64,000 bases of DNA from Octopus vulgaris (lineage: Eukaryota): positions 52,948,001 to 53,012,000 of the forward strand of contig OX597831.1 in assembly GCA_951406725.2 (NCBI GenBank), read 5' to 3'. Made by a program: the position numbers and the translations under genes. The notes beneath the pieces were generated by a model, which did no database searches, was not told the origin of the DNA, and was given only the letters and a program-made list of their open reading frames with translations. How positions within the stretch are numbered: position 1 is the stretch's first letter; the number at the start of each line of letters is the position of its first letter. Of the stretch, positions 39,299 to 54,370 are shown piece after piece.

Positions 39299-40266
39299 AC
39301 TGTATACATATATATACATGTATGTATATGTACATATGTATATATATGTGTGTGTGCATGTGTATGTATATGTACATATGTATATATATGTGTGTGTGCA
39401 TGTGTATATATATGTATATGTGTATATATGTATATGCATATGTGTATATATGTATATGCATGTGTTTATATGCATATGTGTATATATGTATATGCATGTG
39501 TGTATATATGTATATGCATGTGTTTATATCTATATGCATGTGTTTATATCTATATGCATATATGTGTATATATGTATATGCATGTGTATATATGTATATG
39601 CATGTGTATATATGTATATGCATGTGTATATATGTATATGCATGTGTATATATGTATATGCATATGTGTATATATGCATATGCATGTGTATATATGCATA
39701 TGTGTATATATGTATATGCATATGTGTATATATGTATATGCATATGTGTATATATGCATGTGTATATATGTATATGCATATGTGTATATATGTATATGCA
39801 TATGTGTATATATGCATATGTGTATATATGTATATGCATATGTGTATATATGTATATGCATATGTGTATATATGTATATGCATATGTGTATATATGTATA
39901 TGCATATGTCTTTATATGCATATGTGTATATATCTATATGCATATATGTGTACATATCTATATGCATATGTGTATATGTATATGCATTTGTATATGTATA
40001 TGCATATATGTGTATATATCTATATGCATATGTTTCTATGGATATTTATATATATATAGTATATAAATATGTGTGTATATATGTTTATGTATATATATAT
40101 ATATGTAAATGTATATGTATATATGTGTATATTATGTTTCTGTGTATATGTACATATGCATATATGTATATATATATATATGTATATACATGTGTGTGTA
40201 TGTATGTGTATATATATATATATGTGTGTATGTGTATATATATATATACACACACACATATATATA
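39299..40266. repeat. Compound RY minisatellite (20/22 bp units of catgtgtatatatgtatatg)
   Basis: Direct tandem periodicity visible at 39420-39980. Confidence 0.95.
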
Positions 40267-40269
40267 AAT

Positions 40270-40927
40270 TCTGTACCACTCTTAGTCAAACTTTTATACC
40301 CCTTCTCAATTTTCTTCCTTTTTCTCTTCCTCTCTCACATTTTGGCCCTCTTTTTCTTTAACTCCCACTATTTCCCCACTTGTTTATCTCCCCTGTATAT
40401 TCCTCTTTCTCTCTGATTTTTTTTCTAATCCTTCAATCCCGCTGCCCCTTATCCATCTCTTCTTCCACATGACCGGCCAGCCATGATCTTTCTTTCTTGG
40501 CCTGGCTGGGACTGCCAACAACTCTTATGTCTGTCTATGTTCCTGTCTGTAGGTTTTCACTTCATACTTGGCAGCTCAATTTGATTCATTCTCAGTGAAA
40601 AGACACCTGTTGTTATTTCTTATCTGTATTCGTATAACTGGAGACTGTGTTCAGCGTTTTTTTTTTTTTTTTTTTTTTTTTTGTTGCCATACACATTTCT
40701 TACAAAGAGGTCTAATGCCCTGAGCTTAGATGTTTTGGGGGCAACCAGATCGAACCATCTGTAGTGTAACTGCCCGAGATAGTCGTTACTTCTGGAACTT
40801 GACTGAGGAAAGAAAGCCACGAATGACTCATTTTTTTCTCTGCCTGTCCCTCTAATTGTGGTTTCTCTTGTCTGCCTTTGTATCGTCTGTCTGAATATTT
40901 TAATGTCCTGAATTGCGTTTTTGTTCC

Positions 40928-40930
<3 letters not shown>
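40270..40930 (+). mobile_element. Non-coding terminal region of a Penelope-type repeat with a decayed hammerhead relic
   Basis: 40465-40510 matches the reverse complement of 48930-48975. Relic motif at 40700-40769. Flanked by (TA)n on both sides. Confidence 0.4.
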
Positions 40931-42874
<1,944 letters not shown>

Positions 42875-42914
42875 GTATGAGTAATAAGTATCTCATTTAT
42901 TTCTTTGCCACATT

Positions 42915-42967
42915 TATCACTGACGAAGGGAGGGTTCTTATGAACTAACCCTGAAATCTGTATGATA
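42915..42967 (+). ncRNA. Minimal type I hammerhead ribozyme motif
   Basis: UAUCA-CUGACGA-AGGGAGGGUUC(UUAU)GAACUAACCCU-GAAA-UCUG-UA|UGAUA. Core is intact, stems I and II pair, stem III is very weak. Confidence 0.65.
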
Positions 42968-43149
42968 TGGTAATAATGGAATTTTTTAGAAATTTCTGTC
43001 GACCTTTTTCGAGTAGCGTGTGTATTGTGAAAAATTATATGGTTATGGACAATGTGTCCAATTTCGGCATATTTGGCATTAAAAATTTTTTCGTTTGCCC
43101 TTATTTATAAGTTGTTTATATGTGTGTGCCTACATGTATATATACAAGT

Positions 43150-44415
43150 GTCCTCCAGGGGATCATCACAGTTTCCTTATTTCTTGTTCTAAAATTTCTA
43201 AGAATCCACACACAGCCGCCTGCATTTCATTGCCAATTTAGCAACATGCACATTGAAGGATTCATCATTGCTCATGTAAATGCCCAGGTCTTGCACTGAT
43301 TGTGCCTCAGGGATTGCAATCTCTCCAGATCTGTGTATTTAATGGGTATTGCATTTAGTTTCACATGCTGATACCACAAGGCTTAAAATTTTTTAGGCAC
43401 TAAACTGCATGCTATTCTTTTCAGCCCACTTCTACATTACATCCCGCTCACATTGTGGGTGCATAGTGTCTTCAGGGTTCTGTATTACCTGTGAGACTTT
43501 TGTATCATCTGCATACCTTATGATCGTGTCTCTCTCTCTGTGTGGCTGAGGGCATGTCTGAGAGGGCCATTATGAACAGTAGTGCTCTTGTAACAGTGGC
43601 TTGCGGAATACTGCTCTGTATTTGCGTGTCATTGGAGGCGGTCCCATTGGCTACTACCACGTGACTTCTATCTGTCATGAAGCCATTTTTCCAATTTTCC
43701 GACTATGCTGAGATCAGGTAGTTTGTGACATATCATTCCATGATTGACTTTATAAAAGGCCTTTGCAAAGTCGAGATATATCACTTCCACATTTGAGTGG
43801 TTGAGCAGCTGTTTCAGCACCCAGTCAGAGTGTTGTAAGAGCTGTGTCAGGCAGCTGCTTCCTGGTCTGAAGCCAGATTAGGTGTGAGGCAGCAAGTCAT
43901 TTTCTTCAAGGAAGGCAATTAGTTTTCTTTTGACTATTCGTTCCATGACCTTACTGATGTGTGAAGTCAGAGAGATAGGTCTGTAGTTCTTGGGCTCCAC
44001 TCTGCTACTTCCTTTATGATTAGGGCATTTTTTAACCTCATTCAGTTTCTTGGAAGTTTACCAGTTGCAGGGAAGCTTTGAAAGAGGGACTGCAGTGGTC
44101 TCGCTAGGACTTGCTTACATACTTTTAGAAGGATTGCTGGGATTCCATCAGGGCCAGTAGCTGAGTTAGGGTTCATTTCATCTATAGCCCATATTACATT
44201 GTCTTTGTTTATATTGATGTAATAGATCATCACTGCCTCTGTTTTTATATCTGAAGTGGTAAAAAGTCAGCTGGATTGCCGACTTGTAAGTGTCCTAGAG
44301 GTGGAGTGAAAATACTTTTGAATTTGCTAATTTAGTATTTCACTTATCCTCATTGGGTTTCCTGTGAGTGTACCATCTCTTATGAGGAGTGTTGCTATCC
44401 TACAGTGCACTGAAG
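43150..44415 (-). mobile_element. CR1-clade LINE RT remnant
   Basis: SATGPDGIPAILLK, NYRPISLTSHISKVMERIV, YLDFAKAF and YADDT motifs on the minus strand. Confidence 0.9.
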
Positions 44416-44575
44416 CTGTGTATATATATATATAAGGTATGTATGCATGTGTATATATGTATGCATGTATGCATGTGTATATATGTATGCATGTATGTAT
44501 ATATATATATGTATGCATGAATGTATGTATATATATATATATGTATGCATGTATGTATATATATATGTATGCATG

Positions 44576-44623
<48 letters not shown>

Positions 44624-44711
44624 CATCAAAAAGCTAATTTTTTCTATGAAAATCCCAATTTTTTACCATTTTTTTTACTGCTGTGTCGCCACTTTTCGGT
44701 GTATTTCAACC

Positions 44712-44880
44712 AGAAAAATGTTTTAGCTAGATTGACTCTAAAGCCCTTCGATTCTAATCCTTGTTTCCACACTTGAATCTTCTCCTCTAGTTCTGATAGT
44801 GACTCAGCAATTAGAGCAAGGTCATCAGGATAGAGGAGCTCCCAGGGGTATCCTGTCTTGAATTCCTCCTGACTGGTTTC
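44712..44880 (-). mobile_element. RTE RT fragment
   Basis: [50 protein letters not shown]. Confidence 0.85.
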
Positions 44881-45158
44881 CATACTGATGGTATGTAAAA
44901 TGCACCGTCTACACTCGGAGTTGTTAGAGTTAGAAAGGGCATCCAGCTGTAGAGACATTGCCCGATCAGATTAGGGCCTGGTGTGGCCTACTGACTTGTC
45001 AGTTCCTAGTCAAACTGTGCAACCCATGCTAGCATGGAAAAATTGGATGTTAACGGATGATAATATATATCCGTATGTGTCATATATATGTCTGTATCTG
45101 TATGTATATGTGTCTCTGTATATGTATGTATATATGTATGCATATTTGTATGTGTATG

Positions 45159-45220
<62 letters not shown>

Positions 45221-45389
45221 TATCTGTATGTGTATATGAATGCATAGCTGTGTCAACTGAGGAAGAGTTTTTTTGTTATTTTCCATTTATTTCTCATTTG
45301 CATATGAAAGTTTGTCTTCATATTTCATGTTGTTTACATTTTGTGATGTCCTGTACACATATATGCATATATATGTATAGATATATATA

Positions 45390-47862
45390 TATGTAATGAG
45401 AATTCACAAGAAGGGAAGATAATAAAGTAGTGGTGATCCCAAAACGAAGCTGTGCATGCATATGTGAGAGCGTGTATGTGTGTGTAGAAATGGGCTGGTC
45501 ACCTTGACATGTGCATGTGTAGGTGTGTGGATGATGGTGTGGGTGCTGGGAAGTGGTCAATGCTAGTGTGTGCGGTGTAGTGTGGTATGGTGGTGTTTAG
45601 GGTGTGGTGGAGGCGAGAGTTGGAGAAGCAAGGGTGGGGTGTGATGAAGTGGTGTTGGAATGTGTAATGGAGGGATAATAAGGGAGGGAGTGACGATGAA
45701 GGAGAGGGTGGAAGAGAGAAGCTGGGTAGGAGTGAAGAGAAGTAGGTGTTAGAGCGAGAGAGGACAGGTGGGTGGGAGGAAGTAGGTGTGAGAGGAAGGA
45801 AGAGGAGGATTAGATGAAGAGGGGAAAATAGTTGAGCCCATGTGGTGCAAAGGAGTGAAGAGCAATCCCTGTTCACAGCGAAGACAGGAGTGCAGTTGGC
45901 CCCTGTGCAAGGTCAGTCCGAACACACAGATGTTGTAAAGATTGACCAGTAGAGCGGAAATGTTGTTGCTAAGTTTGATGTCTTGGAGGTGTTCTGCGAA
46001 CCGGTCAGCCAATCGGCGTCCCGTTTGACCGATGTATAGAGAAGGACAGAGAGCAGGTGATGCAGTGGTTGATGTTGCTAGAAGTGCAGGTGAAGAAGGC
46101 AGTGATATGATAATGTCGATGATGGGTGCCTGTGAGGAGGATGGTGTTGGAGAGGTAAAGGCAAGTGTGGCAACGTGGGCAGGAGCAGGGGAATGGGTTG
46201 GGTTGGGAGGTTGGATTGGGGAAGAAGCTGTGGACCAAGAGGTCACGTAGGTTGTGGGCCCATTTGAAGGTGGGGAGGAGTTGGTTAAGGAAGATGTGCA
46301 GTGGAGCGGTCGGACTGGAGTCGCCGGAAGGCTCAGAGAGTGGTACGTTGGAGAGGTGGGGGGTAGGTGAGGGGAGACGAGGGACGGCGGGGGTGGTGCA
46401 GATGCACGGTCCTTGGAACATGCTCTGGTAAGGGAGGTGTGGATAGTGGTGAGGAGATATCCATGTGGTATGAAGTGGTGAGCCATGAGTTAAGACTGAG
46501 TCTCAAAGTCATGGTCGTCACTGCAGAACCTGCATAGATGGAGGAATTGGGAATAGGGGATGGAGAGCTTGGTGTGTTTTGGGTAGGAGGAGGAGAAGTT
46601 GAGGTATGAGTGTGAGTCTGTGTTTGTAGTGGATGGAGGTGGTGAGAGTGGAGTGATGAATGCTGACCGAAATGTTGAGAAAGGCTACTGAAGTGTTGGA
46701 AATAGTGCAGGATGGAAAAATTTGGCAAAAGAGAGGAAGGATACAGTCAATATAACGACTGTATAGTTCGGGAGTTGGACCAGTGAAACTTGTGAACATT
46801 TGGACCTCAATGTAGCCAACGAGCAGGTTCGCATAGTTGGGGCCCATTTCCACTCCCGAGATCTGCTGGTAAAAATCACCCGCGAACAAAAAGTAGTTAA
46901 GTGAGAGGACAAGTTCGGCCAGATGGAGTGTGGAAGTATCAGGTTGGGGGTTGGACCGAAGGTCAAGGAAATGTTGGAGTGCACACAGCCTCTCATGGTG
47001 AGGGATCACCGTGTATAGGCTCTTGATGTCAAGACTGAAGATAAGTTTAGAGTGGCCAGGAGGGAAGGAGAAAGAGTTGAACAAATGAAGATCATGGTTG
47101 GGGTCATGAATGTGAGAGGGGAGAGAAGCCACTAGGGAGGCAAGGACACGGTCAAGATATCAGATGAGTTCGATGGAGCAGTTGCAGGTGGAGATGGTAG
47201 GGCAACCAGGGTTGTTAGGTTTGTGGATTTTGGGGAGGAAGTAAATTGTGGGGGGTGAGGTTAGAGGCAGTGGGGAAGATGGGAGGAGGAGATGAGGTCA
47301 TGGATAGTGGAGGACACAGCTTGTTGGTAACTGGGGGTGGGTTTGGAGGGCAGAGGGCAGTAGGAGGTATCCTGAAGTTGGTGGAGAGCTTCCGCCTTGT
47401 AGAGGTTTGCGCACCACACCACCATGGCTCCACTCTTGTTGGCCGGTTTTATGATGATGTCCGTGCGGCATCGGAGACATCGCAGGGCCAAGAGTTCGGT
47501 TGGGGAGATGTTCAGATGTTGGGGATGCTTGGATACGTCAAACTGGTCCACAGCGTGCTGGCAGGTGCTCGCAAAAAGATTGACTGCTTGGAACTGGCCA
47601 AGACCTGGTGTCCAATGGTAGTTGGCAACCCAGGTCAGTGAAGCAGTCCTCATTAGATGCAAGTAGAGTGTCATGGAAAAGCGCACACAACCTAACACGA
47701 TAGAGGAGGGAGCGCTCCGCCTCAGAGAGGGGAAGATCTGGAGGAATGGTAACAACAGACTGAAGTAGAGAAGGGGTAGATGGGACAGAAGTGGTGGGAG
47801 TGGTGGAAGGCTGGGAGGAAGGGGATGAGGGGTATGTGAGTAGGGGGTTGGGAGGGATGAGC
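45390..47862 (-). mobile_element. Penelope-like element, longer decayed copy (RT + GIY-YIG)
   Basis: IIIKPANKSGAMVVW, LDIKSLYTVIPH, FYQQISGVEMGPNYANL, CTSSNINHCITC and SLYIGQTGRRLADRFAEHL motifs. Multiple frameshifts. Confidence 0.9.
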
Positions 47863-48082
47863 TGTGTAAATGTGTGTATATATTTAAATATATAGATATA
47901 TATTTGTGTATATGAGTATATATATATATATCTATATAAATGTATATATATATATATATCTAACGGCAGTGCATCAGCATGGCCGCAGCTCTGAGCTGAA
48001 ACAAGAAAAACAAAAACAATATATATATGTGTGTATATATATATATATATATCTGTATATATATGTATATATATATACACAC

Positions 48083-48115
<33 letters not shown>

Positions 48116-48193
48116 CATACATACATACATACTTGGAAGAGGATGTGTGGCGTTCAATCATATAAATAATATATTTTTGCATATATACATACA

Positions 48194-48577
48194 CTAGCAG
48201 TATCGCCCGGCGTTGCTCAGGTTTGTAAGGGAAATAACTATAAAGCATTTTTAGAGAGTTATAGCCAAAAAATAGCAAAAAAATGGGGGAAAAATGATGG
48301 TAAATTTTTTTTGAGAGTTAAAAAAGGTGGAGTTGCGTCCCCTAGACGGTCTGTGGTTTGGGTTTCTGATTCTCGACCCCATGTCGAATTTATCGATTTT
48401 TTTCAGAACTGGGGGAACTTTTCAAAATTTTCGCTGCGTTAGTTTTGAATTATGACATTGGGCTATGTGTGTGTCAAGTTTCATCAGAATTGGTTGAAAG
48501 CCGTGGTCAGAGTGAGGGTACGAGAAAACAGACACACAGAAAACGCACAGACAAACTGCCGTTTATATATAGAGAGA
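48194..48577 (-). mobile_element. Non-autonomous Helitron
   Basis: Minus strand starts TC(tctatatataaacggcag) and ends CTAG, with a GC-rich subterminal hairpin (cctgagcaacgccggg). Inserted between A and T with no TSD. Confidence 0.8.
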
Positions 48578-48614
48578 TTATATGTACATACATCTATACG
48601 TATATATATATATG

Positions 48615-48995
48615 CATATGTGGGCACAGGATGTCATGAAACATGTACAACAAAAAGGTACGAAGCACGAATACATGGGACATGAACTATACGTTCCACA
48701 ATGAAAGACACAAATGGAAAAGAAAACAAACATAAAGAATTACCCTTCATCAGTTGTTGGCTGTTTTTCTAATCTAGTATTTTGAGCATTTAGCAACAAT
48801 ATACGCTTTCAATAAAACAGTTGCTCTCGCAAAGCAAATTAAATAAAATTTGGTATTTTGCATAGGGTCAAAATAGGTAATACAAGCAGGACAGTGAAAA
48901 CAAACAGGAAAGGCTGTTCCTTGTTCCAGCTACAATGGAGAGAAAGAAAGAAAGATGGCTGATGGTCATGTGGGAGCCATGTGAGCAAGGGTCCT
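48615..48995 (-). mobile_element. Penelope-type non-coding terminal repeat (related to 40430-40640 and 45245-45365)
   Basis: Shared segments aactga.gaag..., gac.tcctgt.c.cacatatgc and ccacatgacc..cagccat. Decayed hammerhead-like fold at 48761-48820. Confidence 0.4.
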
Positions 48996-50291
48996 GTTTG
49001 TGTTAACCTATTTTGATCCTCTGCAAAATTCCAAAATGCAGGGTGAGGAGTGCGGAAATGTCACTTCAAACATGCTAGAAAGAAGAGATAAAGGATAAGA
49101 CTTCTGGGAAAACTTCCTTTTAAGTTTATACTGAAGATCGGGTTTTTAAATATGCTCATCATAAACACATTACACAATAAGAAAAGCCCATTTCAATTGG
49201 ATTTGAGCTGTAAATTTGTCTATGGACACTGCAAGAAATAACATAGTTCGCACAGAAGTTTTATCTAGAGTATGTGTATGTGTGTCAAAGGAAATTATTT
49301 TATGGCGTTCTTTCATTTGAAGAAGCAAAGTTATCAACTTGACATATACGGGATCATATGATTGTTTGTTAATTTCCTTAAAATTGTTTTAATTTCTGTA
49401 TACTTTGAAGAGAGGATAAAGTGAAAAGGCAACATTTGCTTTGAAGTGAGAGGAAAAAGTAAAAGGGGGGATATATGGAATGAACGTGTGAGAGAGAGGG
49501 TGAGTGAGTGAAGGTGTGTGTTGTATGAATTTTTTTGCATGTATTTGTAAGTGGCACTCTCTCTCACATCTATGTAGCAGAGGTAAAGAAAACACACCAC
49601 CCATTTTCAACGTAACCCTACCCCTAAACACTGAGAGTGCATAATCTTTACCTTTGCCCATAAATACACATGCATACATCTTTTTTGTGCATGAGAGAGA
49701 GAGTGACTGTATTTCCTCATAACACAAAAAAATGGATGTCTTTCAATGCAATTTTTTTGGTTGTGGCTTATTTTAATAAAATATTTGTATACATTTTCAT
49801 AAATGTTTGTTTGAGTAGAATTCCATGCATGCGTGAAACATTGAACAAAAGTGAAATATTGTCAATATGACTTGAAAATTGTGCAACCTAACTTAGTTGC
49901 CGAGGTTATTTTAGTTGTAAAAAAGAGTTGTTGAGTCAAAAACATAGTTTATTTGGTAGATAGATAATAAGCAGCTTTCTTTATTATAATACGGATGTGA
50001 CAAATTTGGAGAAACATTATTTTCATTATTCACACATCATCACTCTCGTAATGCAACACTTTATAATTTTGGTTCAAATTGAAAGTATGAAACTATTTTC
50101 ATTTTGTAATGATACCTGGTCTTAGTAGAGAAGTGTATTTGAAATAACTATAGCTGGTTGTTGAGATAATGTAGAAAATATGTAAATGAAAATAAAGTTT
50201 GACATGTGTAATTGATTTGATTGTTCTAGTCTTAACATCAGTTGGTAAGAATAGAAGTCATTGGACAACACCTTTTTTGTTTGTTATTGGC

Positions 50292-50510
50292 TATTCTTTT
50301 GCAGGTTCAGTTCGTGGAATAGTGAAATGATACCCATCTTGTCCATTCCACTGTATAAGAGTATACTGGAGAGCATGATAAGAGGGATAAGTCTGTGAAA
50401 CATGTTTATCTTGAACATGAATGAGAATATCTTGATTTTCATGGGGATCACCAACCATAAGGATGGCGACTTCATTAGATGTGGGCTTATTAAAGCAGCG
50501 TAAAATGTTC
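50292..50510 (-). mobile_element. Helitron RepHel coding fragment
   Basis: An unlisted frame reads RCFNKPTSNEVAILMVGDPHENQDILIH...PSYHALQYTLIQWNGQDGYHFTI, matching the Helitron FNxPxxNEVA...SYDALQYPL..W.G.DGYH motif. Confidence 0.8.
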
Positions 50511-50589
50511 TTTACTGTAGATTACTATAGAAGTAAGGAACACAGAACCACACTGTTAGACTTGATAATATTGAGGTTCAAGCAAAACG

Positions 50590-50769
50590 AAATGTAGTCA
50601 ATATAGTGCAAAACACACTTTCTGTAGCATAGTTATGCTATGAAAAAAAATGGAAAGTCACCAATTTAGCAAAAGTTACTAAATGTAGTCAATATGGGTG
50701 TAACGCATACTTTCTGTAGCATAGTTAGGCTATAAAAAATGGAAAGTCACCAATTTAGCAAAAGTTAGT
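50590..50769. repeat. ~90 bp tandem duplication
   Basis: aaatgtagtcaatat...ggaaagtcaccaatttagcaaaagtta occurs twice. Confidence 0.85.
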
Positions 50770-52035
50770 ATGCGTCACCAATGTAACAAAGCACAGAAAG
50801 TCAACATTTATCTGGAACATGTACTAAATGTTATAAAATTCACGATTGAATATCATGGTGAAGAAAGTGAAAGTCCAAGAAAATTCAGAAGGCATAATTC
50901 AATTTTACATACAAAAAGAATTTATTTTACAGTTTTGAAACGAATGCTGAACTAAGTGTATAGAAAGGAAGATGCTGTTGTAACGTTAATTTAAAATATT
51001 TGCTGAAGGATGTATGTAGCAAGATATAAATTAATTTGACATTACTACATATTTTTTAAACTTAAATACCAAAAGGTAAAATGAACAAATACAAGGTAGG
51101 TCAGAAACTGACAGAGCTCAGATTGTAAATTCTATTTGAATGGCACCTGCTGGCATGGAGGAAAAGGAACTAACTGTAACTTTGCCTATCCCTAGCTCCA
51201 TCGGAACAACATGCAAGGTGACCCCGCCAAAATAAAACCAGCTAAAACATAGATGAGGGAAATCGTCAAACAAGGACCTGCAGGCTAATAGTACACCAAC
51301 AGGCAAAAACAGGTCTCATAAGAAAAGAAATCAATACATACCCTCTGCACCCCTCAAAATGCAATATACTGAGGCTGTGCGTAAAAGTGGAAAATCATAG
51401 TGGTGCTCCAGAATGACTGTAGCTGCATGGCTGAAATGAGTAAAAGAAATACACACACACACACACATACATACATACATTCACTCACTGTACTTAAAAG
51501 AATCTTTTTTTACCAGAACATTTCTTTAGAATGAGAGAGAAGAAAATTTTAAACAATATATAATGAATGCAAAATTTAGTCTTAATGGCTTCAGATACTA
51601 GAGATTAACATGGACATACTCTGAATATAGCATATAGGATTCACAGCCAGTGGCAATCCTATATTAGCGACTTTTATCCTATCTTATCTTTATTTTCTCT
51701 TCCTCTCCATTGTGTTTATTGCAAAAATATCCCATTGGGAATACTTGTAACTATGGTAACCGGAAACACTATATAGTATAGAGTTAATTATGAAAACAGC
51801 TAGATAATATTGCGCTTTCATAATTTTTTTAGTCTTTTACAGTAATTCATTTTTAATTAGAACTTCCAATTAATGTTATATAATTAATCATTTTTGACAA
51901 TTTTTGCACGTCTGTAATGTCTTTAGGAGACTTAATGTCAACCTTATTTACTAGAACTATATTAAATTGTTGAAATTGTCAAAGATTAAAAATTATATGT
52001 ATTACTCTGCTCAAATTGGAAATATTACGCTAAAG

Positions 52036-52320
52036 CAGGGGTTCCCAACCAGAGTCCACATGGACCCTCACAGGTCCACAGAAGCTTTAATGGGGTCCAT
52101 GAGTAAAAAAAATTGTAATTTGTGGGTCCATATAAATTTTGGAGAGGTACCTGTATTTATTGAAATTTTCAAAATTTGTATTTGGAATTTATGTTATGAA
52201 TATAACGGAATTGTTTCATTGTTAGTTTTTACTAACCCATGAACAAATATTTTATTTCAAAAATTTACATAAGATAGCTCTCAGTGGGGTCCACAAGCAA
52301 AATAAGGTTAGGAATCCCTG
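52036..52320. mobile_element. hAT (Charlie-like) MITE
   Basis: TIRs CAGGGGTTCCCAAC / GTTAGGAATCCCTG. 8 bp TSD CGCTAAAG / CTCTAAAG. Confidence 0.85.
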
Positions 52321-53947
52321 CTCTAAAGCATGTTAGTTGTAGCAATACTAGGGTACTCCCATTTAATGTTGATACCCCAGCATGACTGTATTGTCCCTAG
52401 TAGGAGCCATACTGTGGGACTGAACCCAGTGGTTGGGAGCCAAGCTTCTCAACCATACATCCACAGTTGCACCTATTATGCATTTAAAAAATTTTCTTTG
52501 TTAGTCTGATGAGTGGTTTGTTTAATGGTCAGATTACACTAATTGATCCTGTTAGATTCAGCTCTATTTCCCTTCATCCCCCTGTTCCCTTACTTTAACT
52601 GACAGATTGTCTCCATGTCTCCTCTAAGCTCTTAATAGGGATTAACAGTATGAAGTCAGTCTGGTTGCAGTTAAGTTTAAAGTCTTGCAGGTTAATGGTA
52701 GGAAGGGGAATGAGAAAGTGTTTGTGCCAAAACATGGTTGATTAAATTAAGGAGTGTCTTTGACAATGCTGGGTGTTGATGGGTGAGAGAACAGATTGTT
52801 ATTGATGTTTTAGCCTTAGGCCACCTATGATCAAACAGATTCATAAGTGCTATTATTTTCAGACAGTGTATTGAGAATATGAAGAATGTCTTTTGTTTGT
52901 TAGATAGTACTTTGAAAGTGTTCTAGCTGGTATTTTTCATAGGCTGAGCAACTACATAGAGGCCCTTCATTTGCTCACAAGAAAGCAGATATATTTAGTT
53001 GAACACACACACACATGGTTCAGTTCCACTGCATGGCACTTTGGGTTGGTATCTTGATACTTTTTAGTTGTCTCACCCCCCATTAAAAAAAAATTGGGTC
53101 ATCTCTACATGATTTAACCCTCAATAAAACAAAAACAAAAGTGAAAAGATCTGATAATATTTTTATAACAAATCATACAGAACTGAAAAGATTAAACATC
53201 TTATTGAATCTGATAACATTTTTATAACAAATCATACCATGCCTATTGAAAAGGCCAAATGTTACCAATGTGTTGAAGTATTAAATCAAAAGGATCTAAT
53301 TCTTTCAATCCAATCTCGTCGCCACATAAACTCAACGTTTTAGTGGGGTGATAACCCAGTTTTTTAATGGGAGTGAGATAACCAAAAAGTACCTGTATCT
53401 ATAGCCCTGGAATGACCAGTGTTTTGTGAGTGCATCTGGTAGATGGAAACTTAGGAAGCCTGTTGTGTGTGTGTGTGTGTGTGCATGCATGTGTATCTTT
53501 GCGTTTATGCCCCCCCACACACCTAGTATTGGTTTGTTTATGTCCCTGTAACTTAGTTATTTGTCAAAAGAAACTGATAGAATAAGTAGAACACTTTAAA
53601 AAAATTAACACTGACGTTTGTTTGACTAAACCTTTCAGTGCAGTACCTCAGCGTGGCTGCAGTCCAATGAATGAAACAAGATATAATAGCTTCATATTAA
53701 CATCTGAAAAGATCAAAAAATTTACAGACAATTTTTTTTTTTTTTAATGATTGGAATATCAGATATATGTAGCCTTAGGAGGAAAACAGTTGCTATATTT
53801 ATTTCTGAGTACTGCAATAGCAGTGAAGCATTTTGGTTTTTGCATTCTTTCTTTAGGTTTGCTATCTTCTTGTAGGTATTATATGGAGTTCTTTGTCAAA
53901 GACACTTTCAGAAATTTGTAATTAATTTGAAATCATTATATACTTTA

Positions 53948-54116
53948 AGGCATAGGTGTAGCTGTGTGGTTAAGATGCTTGCTTCCCAACTGTGTGATCT
54001 TGGGTTCAGTCTCACTGCATGGCACCCTAGGCAAGTGTCTTCTACTTCAGCCCCGAGCTGACCAAAGACTTGCAAGTGGATTTGGAAAACAGAAAGTGAA
54101 AGAAATCTGTTGTGTA

Positions 54117-54170
<54 letters not shown>

Positions 54171-54370
54171 CGCGCGTGTTTGTGTATCCTTGTCTAGACA
54201 TTCTGTGATACTTGTAAATGAGCATCATCATACAAGCAAAGTTATTCATTGCCAGTCTTTGAAAGACGTATCTGGCTATGGGGAAATATTACCTTGCCTG
54301 AAAACAGGTGAGTAGTGTTCATGACAGGAAGGGTATCCACCATGAAAAAGTGGACATTAAGGATGATGAT
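53948..54370 (+). mobile_element. SINE, head A + tail B
   Basis: Same architecture as 32905-33360 and 60678-61050. Confidence 0.75.
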
